A stretch of DNA of 60,000 bases from Mobula hypostoma (GCF_963921235.1 NC_086108.1:30630001-30690000); one strand, 5' to 3'; shown: positions 11,115-24,815, counted from the first letter of the stretch. Notes: generated by a model not told the origin, from the letters alone. Numbers and translations are program-made.

Positions 11115-11650
11115 TTCCTTTCGGAAGTTCCTTGGTACATTGCTGGGAACGTGCTTCCCCAGAGACCCCAAGCCGTTCCCCCACTGGGCCTCCACAAGTT
11201 TCCTGACACCTCTCTGATCAGCTGAACAACTGAAGGAGGGGCTGATCCCCTGAAATGATCCCCCGGCACTGCAAGAAATTTAGCTGCCCTCCTAGCCAGA
11301 GAAGACACACTGAAAATTTTCCCCCCTCTTTCAAATAACTGACAGCTGTCACTACGGTGTAAGTGAACCTGACAGCTCTAATACCATCACCAGCCCGCCT
11401 ACTTAAACTTTAAACCAATCCCTGTTGCTCTCCCTCAACTGAGCACTGCCACGCATCTAACAACTGAGAGATCCGCTCCGCCCATGTTTCGCATGCCTCC
11501 GCCTCTCTTGGGGTGGACACTATCCCAAATGCCAGGCAGAGCCTGCCAGAGCTAGAACATTTATTCGCACACTCTACCTCCAAATCAGACCACCCTTTCC
11601 TCTCTCTCCCAACAGCATGGACAGCCCCAAGTGCCACCTCCAACTCGTCA
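11115..11650 (-). pseudogene. Gypsy gag remnant (PNMA-like capsid region)
   Basis: RLCLAFGIVSTPREAEACETWAERISQLLDAWQCS..QQGLV resembles PNMA/Gypsy gag RLRLFSG..PTP..EE.YE.W.EQ.SQLL.EWQCS..QRLV. Confidence 0.75.
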
Positions 11651-11774
11651 ATGCCAGCCTGAACTCAAACAAAGACCTCACCCACCACGCATGCAGCAAT
11701 AATGAGCAAATAACCCACAGAGACACACATTACAGATTTAAACAGGGCACCCACACAGCATACCAGTAGACCCA

Positions 11775-11792
11775 ATCCCAGACGATACCCCA
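11775..11792 (-). promoter_or_regulatory. tRNA-Pro-like primer binding site
   Basis: TGGGGTATCGTCTGGGAT, 15/18 identical to TGGGGGCTCGTCCGGGAT, 3 nt downstream of the 5' LTR. Confidence 0.8.
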
Positions 11793-11795
11793 CAG

Positions 11796-12493
11796 TGTAG
11801 CCCCCCTGGCCACCCTCAGGGTCGCTTGGCTCGCTGTCGTCCAGGGAAACAGCACTCGGCCCTGCCAATCTGGCTGATTAGTTTGTGTGGATGCTGTGTG
11901 ATGTACCCCACCCCGCCCAGATAACAGACAATACACCAGATACGATTAAATGATTTGCAGTTTATAGATATTACTGGAACTATATAATTAATAGAGAATA
12001 AAATATAAAAGGAAAATAAAAGGCACCACACTTATCAAAGTTCAATCTCTTCGTGCACAAACAGTTGGGCTCGGGACCCTTCTTCTTCACCCTGCGACCC
12101 CTCAGACCACCTCGACCGGCCGCCTGGGACCAACAACGATGGTCGACCAGACGCTCCACATGAGTCCATCTCCGTCTCCCCTCCTCGCCGAACGTCCTGC
12201 TCGGGGTCCGACCCCGTTAGTGGACTCACAGCACCTGGTCCATTCTCTGTCTCTCTCTCCCGCCTTCTCCCCAAAACCCCGCGCATACAATATCTTACAG
12301 ATACACCAAAAACATAACAACTATCGCAATTGGTTCATAACATCTTCTTATCAGTAACGTGATTCAACAAACTGCTAGGGGGAGGGACTTTCTCAGTGTT
12401 TAACATAACAAAGAAGCAATTCCAAGTATAACATAACGAAGAAGCTATTTTAATTAGCCTACACAGTAATATAAGAGACAAAACCCCCTTACA
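11796..12493 (-). repeat. 5' LTR
   Basis: TGTAGC...CTTACA, direct repeat of 2255-2940. Confidence 0.95.
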
Positions 12494-12630
12494 CCCCTTA
12501 CTTTCCAATCTTGATGAAGTGTCTCAGCCCGAACTGTTGACTGTTCATTCACTGTTGCTGCTTCCTGTCCTGCTGAGTTCCTCCAGCATTTTGTGGGTGT
12601 TGTTCTGGATCTCCAGCATCCGCAGAATTG
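12494..12630 (+). mobile_element. Continuation of the Penelope-like 3' end
   Basis: TTGATGAAGTGTCTCAGCCCGAAC...CTGCTGAGTTCCTCCAGCATTTTG parallels 1785-1880. Confidence 0.7.
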
Positions 12631-12714
12631 GTTAAGATCACCCTGTAACCATGTAGGCCTTCCCCTTCCCTAAGATACGTAGAATGGTAGACTGTCAAAA
12701 GAGGGAAGGGAGGA

Positions 12715-15700
12715 TGTCAGATAGTGGAGAACATCACTGTGGCTGTCTCCCTCAACAAGAAGTACTCCATTTTGAGTACTGTTGAGGGTAAGGTGGGGAG
12801 GAAACAACAACTTGGAAGAAGCAACAGCAACCGTGCCTCTGGCACTGAGTCTGGCCCCATGGCTCGGAAGGGTAGGGAACTAAAGAGGATGGCATCAGTA
12901 ATAGGGATTCTAAGGTTAAAGGGACAGATAGGTGATTCTGCAGATCCGAAAAAGTTTGCCTCCCAGGTGCCAGCGTCTGCTATGTTTCTGAACATGTCCA
13001 CAATATCCTGAAAAGGGAAGGTGAGCAGCCAGAAATAATGGTACATATTAGTATCAACGATATAGGTAGAAAAAAAAAGGAAGTCCTGAAAACAGTTAGG
13101 AGTTAGGAAGGAAACTGAGAAGCAGGACCTCAAGGGTAGTAATCTCGGGATTGCTGCCTGTGCCACGCGATAGTGAGGATAGGGATAGAATGAGGTGGCA
13201 GATAAACTCTAGGCTGAAGAATTGGAGCAGGGGGCAGGAATTCAGATTTCTGAATAATTGGGACCTCTTTTGGCGCAGGCGTGATCTGTACAAAAGGGAC
13301 AGGTTGCAATTGAATCTGAGGGGGACCAATATTCTTGTGGGCAAGTTTAGTAGAGCTGTTGGGAGTGGTTTCAACTAATATGGCAGATGGATGGGAACCA
13401 ATATGATAGAGCTGAGGATGAGCCAGCAGATTTACAAGTAGATGATGGCTGTAACATGATTGCAAGGAAGGACAAACCAATAGTTGGGTACAAATGCCGA
13501 CAGAGCAAAGAGTTAAATTGTACCTTAGAGGAAAAATTCAAAAGGGTGAAGAATGCAGGACTGAAGGTGTTGTATTTAAATGCAGATAGTATTCAGAATA
13601 AGGTGGACAAATTTGTGGCGCAATTAGAGATTGGTCAGTATGACGTTGTAGGCATCACTGAGTCGTGGCTGAAAGAAGGTCATAGTTGGGAAACTAACAT
13701 CAAAGGGTTTACTTTGTATCAAAAGGGCAGGCAGGAAGGCATAGGCTCTGTGGTTAAGAGATGGAATTACATATTTAGAAAGAGCTGACATACGGTCAGA
13801 GAATGTTGAATTTTTGTGGGTGGAGTTAAGAAACTGTAAGGGTAAAAAAACCATGATGGGAAAAGGTAGATCGGCCTCCAAATAATAGCCAAGATATGGG
13901 GTTGAGTTTGCAAAGGGAGCTGGAAAAGGAATATAATAAAGGTAATGTCACAATTGTAATGAGGGACTTCAATATGCAAGGCGATTAGGAAAATTAGGTT
14001 GGTGTCGGATCACAAGAGAGGGAATTTGTTGAATGCCTACAAGGTGGGTTTTTAGAGCAGCTTGCGTTTGAGCCTAGTCAGGGAAAGGTTATCTTAGATT
14101 GGATGTTGTATAATAAACCAGATTTTATTAGGGAGCATAATGTAAAGGAAACCTTAGGATGCCGTGATCATAATGTAATTGAATTCATACTGCAATTTTA
14201 GAGGGAGAAACATAAATCATATGTATCACAATGGAATAGAGGGAATTACAGAGGCATGAGAGAGGAGCTTGCCCAGGTTGATTCAAGGAGGATACTGGCA
14301 GGGATGACAGCAGAGTACAGGTGACAGAAGTTTCTGGGAATAGTTCATAAGGCGCAGGATAGGTATGTCCCACAGAAGAAGTTGTTCTCAAATGGCAGTG
14401 GTAGGCAACCATGGCTGACAAGGGAAAGCCAAGGAAAGGGCATATAAGGTAGCAAAAGTGAGTGGGAAGCTGGATGATTGGGAAACTTTTAAAATCCAGT
14501 AAAAGGCATTTTTAAAAAACTATAAGAAGGGAAATGATGAAATATGATGGCAAGCTAGCCAATGATATAAAGCAGAATACTAAAAGTTTTCTCAGTTATA
14601 TAAAGAGTAAAAGGAAGGTGAGAGTTGATATTGGACCACTAGAAAATGATGCTGGTGAGGTAGTAACGGGGGACAAAGAAATGGTAGATGAACTTAATGG
14701 GTATTTTGCATCAGTCTTTACTGTGGAAGACACTAGCAGTGTGCCAGAGATCCGTGAGTGTCTGAGAGCAGGAGTGAGTGCCATTGCTATTACAAAGAAA
14801 AGAGTCCTAGGCAAACTCAAAGGTCTTAAGGTGAATAAGTCACCTGGGCCTGATGGACTACATCCCAGAGTCCAGAGAGAGGTTGCTGAAGAGATAACAG
14901 ATACATTGGTCATGATCTTTCAAGAATCACTTGATTCTGGCATGGCCCAGAGGACTGAAAAATTGCTAATGTCACTCCACGCCTTAAGAAGGGAGGAAGG
15001 CAAAAGGAAGGAAATTAAAGGCCAGTTAGCCTAACCTCAGTGGTTGGGTAAATGTTGGATTCTATTATTAAGGATGAGCTTTCAGGGTACTTGGAGACCA
15101 TAAGTCAAAGTCAGCATGGTTTCTGTAAGGGGAAGTCTTTGCTGACACATCTATTAGAGTTATTTGAGGAAGTAACAAGCAGGTGGACAAAAGAGAGGCA
15201 GTGGATGTCATTTACTTGGATTTTCAGAAGATGTCTGATAAGATGCCACACTTGAGGCTGCTTAACAAGATAAAATCCTGTGGTGTTACAGGAAAGATAC
15301 TGACATGGATAGAGTGGCTGACAGACAGGAGGCAGTGAGTGGGAATAAAGGGGGCCTTTTTCTGGTTGGCTGCCAGTGACTAGCGGTGTTCCTCAGGGGT
15401 CAGTATTGGGACTGATACTTTTCACATTATTTTTCAATGATTTAGATAATGGAATTGATGGATGATACAAAGATAGGTGGAAGGGGTAGGTAGTGTAGAG
15501 GAAGTAACGTAATTGCAGCAGGGCTGAGACAAATTGGAAGAATGGACAAAAAAGTTGCAGATGGAATACAGTGTTGGGAAATATATGATATTGCAATTTG
15601 GAAAAAGGAACAATAGAACAGGCTACTATCTAAATGGGGAGAAAATTCAAATATCAGAAGTGCAGAGGAACTTAGAGGTCCTCATGCAAGACTTCCAGAA

Positions 15701-16350
15701 TGTTAATTTACAGGTTTGGTCTGTGGTAAAAAAAAGCAAATGCGATGTTGGTATTTATTTCAGGGGGAATAGAATATAAAACAAAGAGATAGCGCCGAGG
15801 CTTTATCAGACACCAGTCAGTCCAGACTTGGAGTATTGTCAACAGTTTGTGCCCCATATCTCAGAAAGGATGTATTGTCATTGAAGAGAGTCCAGAGGAG
15901 GTTCACGAGGATGATTCAGGAACAAAGGGGTTAACATATGAGGAGTGTTTGGCAGTTTTGGGCCTGTACCCATTAGTATTTAGAAGAACGTGGGGTGAAT
16001 TTCAATGAAACCTGCTGAATGCTGAAAGGACTAGTTAAGGTGGATGTGGAGAGGATGTTTCCTATGATGGGGGTATCCAGAACCAGAGGGCATGGCCTCA
16101 AAACTGAAGGGTGACGTTTTAGAACAGATAAAGAGCCTTTCTTTTAGCCAGAGAGCAGCGAATCTGTGGAATGCCCTGCCACAGACTGCAGTAGAGGCCA
16201 AATCCGTGCGTATATTTAAGGCGGAAGTTGATCATTTCCTGACTGGTCATGCCATCAAACAATATGGCGAGAAGGCAGGTGTATGGCAGAGTAGACTCAA
16301 TGGGCTGAATGGCCTAATTCTGCTCCTATGTCTTACGGTCTTATGGTCTA
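12715..16350 (+). mobile_element. Near full-length decayed CR1 LINE (ORF1 esterase, APE, RT, 3' tail)
   Basis: ORF1 LLPVPRDSE..GFRFLNNWDLFW; APE LYLNADSIQNK..GITESWL; RT SPGPDG, QHGF; tail TATGTCTTACGGTCTTATGGTCT; many stops. Confidence 0.92.
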
Positions 16351-16455
16351 AATGCCCACTGTAGTTTATCCTTACCATGTAAGTGAGAGGTAGAATCAGG
16401 GGAGCAGATAGGAATGTGGGAGAATAAAATGGAATTGGTGTTGAGATTAGTTTTT

Positions 16456-16762
16456 AAGTTCAAGTCAAGCTTATTGTCATTGAACTATATAAATATATAC
16501 TGCCAGATGAGATGATGTTTCTCTGGGCCAGAGAATAAAGCACAATAGTAAACATAACACATGTAAAACACACAATAACTTGGGAAAGTAAGAATTAAAT
16601 ATACAGATGAATTATACATAGATCAACAAAATAAAGTGCATAAATTAAATATTGTAGAGTACAGTACAGTACAAACTATCCGATGACACTTCGAATGCAA
16701 TGTGGCAGGGAGTTCAGAAGCCTAATAGACTGAGTGAAGAACCTATTTCCCATCCTGACCAT
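16456..16762 (-). mobile_element. Rex1/Babar-type 3' end
   Basis: TTCAAGTCAAGCTTATTGTCATT tail in reverse orientation plus C-terminal remnant. Confidence 0.5.
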
Positions 16763-18224
16763 TCAAGTACTTTGGTACACTAAGGCTGTGCTGATGCTTT
16801 AGCACTTACTTACATTAAACCTTTACCAAAACCATTTTGTTTTTCCTTGTTGTCATCAACTCCTTCCAATTTCTACTATTCAGCAACCTACTTGGACAAG
16901 TTAACCTGAAATTTAACCTTAACCTTGGTGGATGCTGGAGTACCCGAAGGAAGCCCATGTGATCATACAATTAGCCCCAACGTTCAGGATTGTAAGTTTG
17001 CAGCTCACTGAGCTGCAATTGGTTATGGAACATACAAGAAAAAATATAACAGTTGAAAATCAATGGCTAACATCTAAATCATTAATTTATTGTTTAGAAT
17101 GAACATTTCTGATTTCCTCCCACATTTCAAAGATATGTGGGTTGGTAATTTAATTAGCTAATGTAAATAATATGAAGGAAAGTAAAATAGAATTAATCTC
17201 AGGGTAGTATACGGTAACATATATGTACTTTGAAAATACGTTTAGTTGAACTTTGAACTATGAACTACTGCCAGTGTCAATATGTGTTCACACCTAGCGG
17301 TGTTGTTAATCTTCATGCTTTTATTGTTCAGGTTATTGTTAGGGTAGAGAAATCTTAAAAATTGGAGGGAGTCAAGGGGAATACAGGGAGAATAAAATGT
17401 TGAAATAGTGTAAATGGGTGCTTTGTGGTCAGTAATGATTCTGTGAGCAGATGTCCTACTTCCTTGCTGTATGATTCTGTGACCTAAGACTATGCTGCAT
17501 TTTCATGGATTCTGACTGTAATTATTGCACAAAAGGGGAAGTATAATTTCCTACTCTTCCCACATTCCCATTAACACTTGCCCTTTGGTTGGAGTTGAGT
17601 CAGTGGGCAGAAGGACTTACTTTCATGTTGTATCTCTCTATTACACTCCTCAGATTCAATGACTCACCCACATGCCATGGACAATTTAACTATTGACTTA
17701 ACAATTAGTTTAATTACCAGTACAATACTTCTATAGATCACAGTTAGTAAATGTTGTGCCCGTAAAGGAAAACACAGGGTTCAGTGACTTGAATGTATAA
17801 CAGCTACCGGAAAACATGCTAGGAATTTAGAAATTGAAGGAAGATTTATGGTGAGAAGCAAGATTTAGAGTTGCTGTGGTTGAAGTGTAGGAGCAAGAAG
17901 AAGCAGAGGAAGGAATTTAAACTCTTGCTTATACAAGGAGAGACAGTGATATTCTGGTCTAGACTGGAAGGCAGGAGGTTGTTTTGAAGGGTCTGGCAGA
18001 CCTTTAAGAATGGAAAAAATAGGAGTAAGTGTGGGCGTCCAGGCCCTTGAGCATGCTCCATCACTCACCACAATAATTGTCCTTCCTCAGTTCCATTTTC
18101 CACCCCTTTACCAATATCCCTTGATTTCCTTAATGTCCCAAAGTCTATAAACTTGTATTTTGAATGTTTTGAAGAACTGAGACTCCTAAGCCCTCAAGGG
18201 TAGAGAATTCCAAAGTTTGCTTTT

Positions 18225-18303
18225 CATCTGTGATTCAATGTTGTAAAACAATAAAACCTGAAAACTTTCGAGGGAGGGGGATGAATACTTTTTATAGGCA
18301 CTA
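18225..18303. mobile_element. Tc1-like terminal fragment
   Basis: ...GGGGGATGAATACTTTTTATAGGCACTATA resembles a Tc1 right end (..GAATACTTTT..CACTGTA). Confidence 0.45.
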
Positions 18304-18677
18304 TATCTCCTCCTAGATGGTAGTAATGTCAAGGGGGCATGTCCCAGATGGTGATGGTCTTTAATGATGGATGCTGCCACCTTGAGGCACCACCTCTTGA
18401 TGATGTCCTCAGTGGAGGGGAGTGTTGTGCCTATGATGGCTGAATTTACAACACTTGACTTCCTGTTGGACATATCAGGCTGTGATGTAACCAGTCAGGA
18501 TGCTCTTCACTATACATCTGTAGAAATTTGCAAGAATCTTTGGTGAGATACTACCAAATCTTCACAAATTCTTCCACTAGTGTGCCTTCTTCATGATTGT
18601 TTCGACGTGTTGGACCCAGGATAGATCCTCTGAGTTGCTGACACCCAGGAATGTGAAGCTGCTCATCCTTTCCACTG
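18304..18677 (-). mobile_element. Rex1/Babar RT C-terminal fragment
   Basis: CLKVAASIIKD..HLGHAPLTLLPSRRRY. Confidence 0.7.
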
Positions 18678-18682
18678 TAAAC

Positions 18683-19170
18683 TATAGAAAGGGTACAGAG
18701 GAGATTTACAAGGGTGTTGCCTGGATTGGGGAGCATGCCTTAAGAATAAGTTGAGTGAACTCGACCTTTTCTGCTTGGAGTGACGGAGGATGAGAGGTGA
18801 CCTGATAAAGATGTATAAGATGATGAGAGGCATTGATCTTGTGGATAGCCAGAAGCTTTTTCCCAGGGCTGAAATGGCTAACACGAGAGGGCACGGTTTT
18901 AAGGTGCTTAGAAGTAGGTACAAAGGAAATGTCAGGGGTAAGTTTTATATGCAGAGAGTGGTGAGTGTGTGGAATGGGCTGCCGGCAATGGCGGTGGAGG
19001 CGATATAATAGGGCCTTTTAAGAGGCTCGTGGATAGGTACATGGAGCTTAGAAAAATAGAGGGCTATTGGTAACTCTAGATAATTTATAAAGTAAGTACA
19101 TGTTCAGCACAGCATTGTGGGCTGAAGGGCCTGTTTTGTCCTGTAGGTTTTCTATGTTTCTACGTTTCTA
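18683..19170 (+). mobile_element. CR1 3' end
   Basis: MRGDLIKMYKMMRGID..TRGHGFKV..RVVSVWNGLP; (TTTCTATG)n tail. Confidence 0.9.
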
Positions 19171-20126
19171 TCTCAGTCTTAATAGGTCTATTCTTGATTC
19201 TGAAACTCTGCCCTGTGATTTCCCAGGGGAAGTATCCTCCTTGATTCTATCTTGCCTTTAAGAATTCTGTATGTTTCAATGATACCTGTTCTTGATCTTC
19301 TAAACTGCTGATGATATAGTCCCAGCCAACTCAAGTGTCTCCTCAAAGCAAGGATAGCTTCTTGAAGGAGATGGTTGAACCCCTAACATCCAAAGGGTTA
19401 TAGATCAGTGTCACAAACTATTATTATGACTTCATATAGTTGAAAAATGAGATACACTGCCATTGAAACTCCTCATTAATCATTCTGCCTCGAGCTATAG
19501 TAGTTACCCACTCCCATGCATTATTGGCCACTTACATCCAAGCACCAATCTTACACACTTATTTTCATCCATATTTAAATGCAGTTTTTGACACACTTTG
19601 ATCATGACATGGCTTTGGCTAACAGAATTAAAGAGAATTACAAATCTTTTAAATTGGAATAAAGGGGATAACTTAAGAAAACATGCAAATAACAGGAAGG
19701 AATAAAGTAAATAAATTCTATGTTTTGGGAAATGAGCCAGACCAAGTGACAGACCTGATACTGAGTGAACATTTAGGGAATAGTAACCACTAGAAAATGA
19801 ACCTCAGGATACTATATGGTGACATATAAGTACTTTGATAATAAATTTATCTTGAACTCTGATATTAATGATTTGGATGAAAATGTTGATGTGTGAATTA
19901 GCAAGTTTGTGGATGACACCAAGATGGTGGAGTTCTGTGCAGTGCGAAGGACTATCAAAGAATACAGTGCAATATAGATCAGTTACAGAAATGGACAGAG
20001 AAGTGGCAGAGAGAGTTTATTCTGGGCAAGTGTGAGGTGTTGAACTTTGGAAGGTCAAATGAAAGGAAAAAGCATACAGTTAATTGTAGGCCCCTTAATA
20101 GCATTGAAGTACAGAGCTCCAAAGGT

Positions 20127-20726
20127 AGCCATAGCCGAAGGGTGGTGGTGGGGTCGAGCTCCCACTGCTAAACAAATGCTCTTCATGGCATGCATCTCAA
20201 ACAGCCTCTGACAACCAAGTCCAACTCCCGGCCTTCACGCGTGACATAGTTCTTATGCCCGGGGCAGCTGTTCTCACTGACAGGAGAAGGGGCAAAGGCG
20301 GGCCACTGGTGCCTTAAAACCAGTTGCTCCGGGCAGATGGGGCTCGTAAACCACGGATGATAGCTCAGCTAGGAGAGGGAAAACTGCGATTTCAAACCTC
20401 CACTGCCTTGCGGCTATACCCACTTATGGGAAAGGCTTTGGGAGTACACCCCGAGGAAAAATCCGGAGTCGGAGTCCTGAAGGCAGCTGACTGCTGTACC
20501 CAGCGCCGGCATGACAACCCCTGCGATGCTGCTGGCACCAAACTGTATTGACTTTCGTTGTTCCTTATGGACCTGTCATCAGCATTGGGGGTGGGGGGGT
20601 ATCCCACGGCATGGGCAACAGATGGATCTCCATATCAACTCTGCCCTGGCTTGCACCCTGGAGAGGACTACTAGAGGTGCAGTACCCATGGTCGACCATG
20701 ACCGATGGAGGCCACATACACACACA
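20127..20726 (+). mobile_element. ~600-bp non-autonomous retroelement with (CA)n tail
   Basis: GC-rich block interrupting the CR1, ending CATACACACACA. Confidence 0.5.
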
Positions 20727-21058
20727 GAGGGCCTTCAAGTCCAAAGTGACCACACAATTGGGTAAGGTGGAAATGAAGACATATAGCATGATTGCCTTCA
20801 TTGGTAGGAGAGATGAGTTCTGGATTATGGAAATCATGCTGCAGCTATATAAAACATTAGTCAAACCACATTTGGAGTATTATGCTGCTTGGATTAGAGG
20901 GTATGAGCCATGTGGAAAGGCTGGGAAAACTTGGTTTGTTCTCACTAGAGTGACAAAGATTGAGGGGAGATTAGATAGAAGTTTTTAAAATGATGAGGAG
21001 CATAGATAAATTAGACAGTTAGAATCTTTTCTCTACGGCAGAAATATCAACCATCAGA

Positions 21059-21405
21059 TATAAAGAGGACTTCAATCCTGAGCAAGACACCGGAGATGTT
21101 GGGCTCTGAGGTCCTTAGAGTCTTAGAGTTCTTGAATCTTAAGGGGAGTTGTTAATTGTTTAGAGTTGCTTGTGTTTTTCTCGAGCAACTCATTCTTTGT
21201 AATGTGGTCTCCTGGTGCTTTCTGTTTAAGTTTACTTTGATAGGTTCAGGGATTCCGTGTTATTTGTATTATTGAAGTGGACGCCCAGTTAGTGTTAATC
21301 ATGGGATCCTAGCTTTGAAAATGTTACATCTCAGGGTGTCACTACCATTGGAGACTGTCTTTCCTCTGCACCTGGGTTCTGACATTGCCAGAGTACATCA
21401 TGACA
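21059..21405. mobile_element. Possible solo LTR
   Basis: Non-CR1 block inside CR1 ending ...CATGACA, flanked by TCAGA/TCAAA; starts TA rather than TG. Confidence 0.35.
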
Positions 21406-21699
21406 TCAAAAGGCATGCTTTTAAAGTTCAAATGGAAGTTCAAATGTGAGGGCAAGTTTTATTTTACACAGAGAGTGGTAGGTGCTTGGAATGGATTACC
21501 AGTAGTAATAATGGAAACAGGCAGTTCATTGGAGTTTAAGGCGGTTTTAGATAGATCCACAAGTATGGAGGGAATGGAGGGATATGATGATACACAGGAA
21601 GACGACACTTACTATAAATTAGCATTAAGGTTGGCACAACATTGTGTCCAAATAGCCTGCCCAGTGCTGTACTGTTCTATGTTCTATGTTTTGTAAATT

Positions 21700-24600
21700 T
21701 TTCTCAAAGGAAGATTTATTGGAAGCAGGAGAAGAGATTGTTGGAACTGTGATAAAGATCATTTCATCAGCTTTAGCTATGAATGAGATACTGGAAGATT
21801 GCAGTGTAGATAATGGTTTCCCCATTTTTGGAAAGAGAGGCGGGAATAAGCCAAGAAACCATAAGCTAGAGAGCTCTCCATCTGTAGAAGAGAAGATATT
21901 GGAAAAAAAATCTTACTGATGGGATTTATGATCAGCTGAAAAGGCTGATTTGCGGAGTCAGCATGGCATTACGCATGACAAATCCTTCCTCCTGTTTTCT
22001 TTTGAGGAGCTTACTAAGGAGATTAATGAAGACAAAGCAGTGGATGTGGACTTCAGCAAAGCATGGTAGACTGGACTAGAAAGGTTAGAATCAAAGTTGA
22101 TTAGAAACATAGAAACATAGAAAGTAGGTGCAGGAGTAGTCCATTCAACACTTCGAGCCTGCACCACCATTCATAGAAACATAGAAACATAGAAAATAGG
22201 TGCAGGAGTAGGCCATTCGGCCCTTCGAGACTGCACCGCCATTTATTATGATCATGGCTGATCATCCAACTCAGAACCCCGCCCCAGCCTTCCCTCCATA
22301 CCCCCTGACCCCCGTAGCCACAAGGGCCATATCTAACTCCCTCTTAAACATAGCCAATGAACTGGCCTCAACAGTTTGCTGTGGCAGAGAATTCCACAGA
22401 TTCACCACTCTCTGTGTGAAGAACTTTTTCCTAATCTCGGTCTTAAAAGGCTTCCCCTCTATCCTCAAACTGTGACCCCTCGTTCTGGACTTCCCCAACA
22501 TCAGGAACAATCTTCCTGCATCTAGCCTGTCCAATCCCTTCAGGATCTTATACGTTTCAATCAGATCCCCCCTCAATCTTCTAAATTTCAACGAGTACAA
22601 CCCCAGTTCATCCAGTCTTTCTTCATATGAAAGTCCTGCCATCCCAGGAATCAATCTGGTGAACCTTCTTTGTACTCCCTCTATGGCAAGGATGTCTTTC
22701 CTCAGATTAGGGGACCAAAACTGCACACAATACTCCAGGTGTGGTCTCACCAAGGCCTTGTACAACTGCAGTAGTACCTCCCTGCTCCTGTACTCAAATC
22801 CTCTTGCTATGAATGCCAGCATACCATTCGCCTTTTTCACCGCCTGCTGTATCTGCATGCCCACTTTCAATGACTGGTGTATAATGACACCCAAGTCTTG
22901 TTGCACCTCCCCTTTTCCTAATCGGCCACCATTCAGATAATAATCTGTTTTCCTATTTTTGCCACCAAAGTGGATAGCTTCACATTTATCCACATTAAAT
23001 TGCATCTGCCATGAGTTTGCCCACTCTCCCAACCTATCCAAGTCACCCTGCATCCTCTTAGCATCCTCCTCACTGCTAACACTGCCACCCAGCTTCGTGT
23101 CATCCGCAAACTTGGAGATGCTGCATTTAATTCCCTCATCCAAGTCATTAATATATATTATAAACAACTGGGGTCCCAGCACTGAGCCTTGCGGTACCCC
23201 ACTGGTCACCGCCTGCCATTCTGAAAAGGTCCCGTTTATTCCCACTCTTTGCTTCCTGTCTGCTAACCAATTCTCCACCCACACCAATACCATACCCCCA
23301 ATACCATGTGCTTTAAGTTTGCACACTAATCTCCTGTGTGGGACCTTGTCAAAAGCCTTTTGAAAATCCAAATATACCACATCCACTGGTTCTCCCCTAT
23401 CCACTCTACTAGTTACATCCTCAAAAAATTCTATGAGATTCGTCAGACATGATTTTCCTTTCACAAATCCATGCTGACTTTGTCCGATGATTTCACCGCT
23501 TTCCAAATGTGCTGTTATCACATCTTTGATAACTGACTCTGGCATTTTCCCCACCACCGATGTTAGGCTAACCGGTCCATAATTCCCCGGTTTCTCTCTC
23601 CCTCCTTTTTTAAAAAGTGGGGTTACATTAGCCACCCTCCAATCCTCAGGAACTAGTCCAGAATCTAAAGAGTTTTGAAAAATTATCACTAATGCATCCA
23701 CTATTTCTTGGGCTACTTCCTTAAGCACTCTGGGAAGCAGACCATCTGGCCCTGGGGATTTATCTGCCTTTAATCCCTTCAATTTACCTAACACCACTTC
23801 CCTACTAACATGTATTTCCCTGAGTTCCTCCATCTCACTAGACCCTCGGTCCTCTACTATTTCCAGAAGATTATTTATGTCCTCCTTAGTGAAGACAAAA
23901 CCAAAGTAGTTATTCAATTGGTCTGCCATGTCCTTGTTCTCCATGATCAATTCACCTGTTTCTGACTGTAAGGGACCTACTTTTTTCTTAACCAATCTTT
24001 TTCTTTTCACATATCTATAAAAGCTTTTACAGTCAGTTTTTATGTTCCCTGCCAGTTTTCTCTCATAATCCTTTTTCCCTTTCCTAATTAAGCCCTTTGT
24101 CTTCCTCTGCTGGACTCTGAATTTCTCCCAGTCCTCAGGTGAGCCACTTTTTCTGCCTAATTTGGAAAGTTTGATCCAAAATTGGCTTGATGATTGGAGA
24201 TAGAGATAATTGTAGAGGGTAGTTATTCTGACCAAAGTCTGTTACCAGTTGTGCACAATAAGGATTGTTGCTTTGTTCACAATATATATAAACAACTTGG
24301 ATGAAAATACATGTGGTCAGATAAATAAGTTGGCTGATGATACAAAGAATTGGTGGAGTGCAGATTGCAAAGATATAGAGGGACATAGATCAGCTGGAAA
24401 ACTGGGTGGTAACGTGTGAGATGGAATTTAATCCAGACAAATGTGAGGTAGGAAATGTTGGGTCATCTAATACTGGCCAAGCATATACAGTAAATGGGCA
24501 GGGACACTAGAAACATTGATGCACAGAGGGATTTTGTGGTGCAGGTTTGTAATTCTGAAAATGGGCAGATAGGGATGTGAAGAAAGTGCTTAGTTTGTTT

Positions 24601-24815
24601 GCCTTCACAGGCAGAGGCACTAAGTATAAGAATTATGACATTATGCTTTGGCCACATAAGACATTGCTGAAGCTACATTTGGAATATTGTGTGTAATTCT
24701 GCTCACTACATCACGTAAAGGATGTGGTAGTATTAGAAGAGGTTCAGATGAGATTTGCCAAGATATTGTCTGGATTACAAGTTTTTAGTTATAAGCAGAG
24801 ATTGGATAGGCTGTG
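21700..24815 (+). mobile_element. Old degraded CR1 RT, split by the CR1 insertions at 22102-24162
   Basis: QHG and VDVDFSKA remnants at left; NLDE..KLADDTK and HLEYCV remnants at right. Confidence 0.6.
22172..24162 (-). mobile_element. Young 5'-truncated CR1 LINE with open RT frame
   Basis: ORF 22271-24235 RT motifs; (TTTCTATG)n tail; same subfamily as 9031-11113. Confidence 0.96.

Larger units (their letters stand above)
2255..12493 (-). mobile_element. Non-autonomous Ty3/Gypsy LTR retrotransposon carrying a captured myosin heavy-chain fragment
   Basis: Two ~690-bp direct repeats with TGT...ACA ends; CCCC duplicated at 2251-2254 and 12494-12497; PBS and PPT correctly placed for the minus strand; gag, protease and RT remnants in canonical order. 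Confidence 0.93.
19862..21692 (+). mobile_element. Decayed CR1 RT/3' region broken by two insertions
   Basis: INDLD..KFVDDTK; LQLYKTLVKPHLEY; FTQRVVGAWNGLP; (TTCTATG)n tail. Confidence 0.75.

Noticed and set aside
9130..11184. 684-aa ORF as a novel fusion gene
   Set aside because: The first ~24 codons are Gypsy linker joined in frame by chance to a 5'-truncated CR1 RT
22271..24235. 654-aa ORF as an intact gene
   Set aside because: Truncated CR1 RT; its N-terminus is antisense sequence of an older CR1
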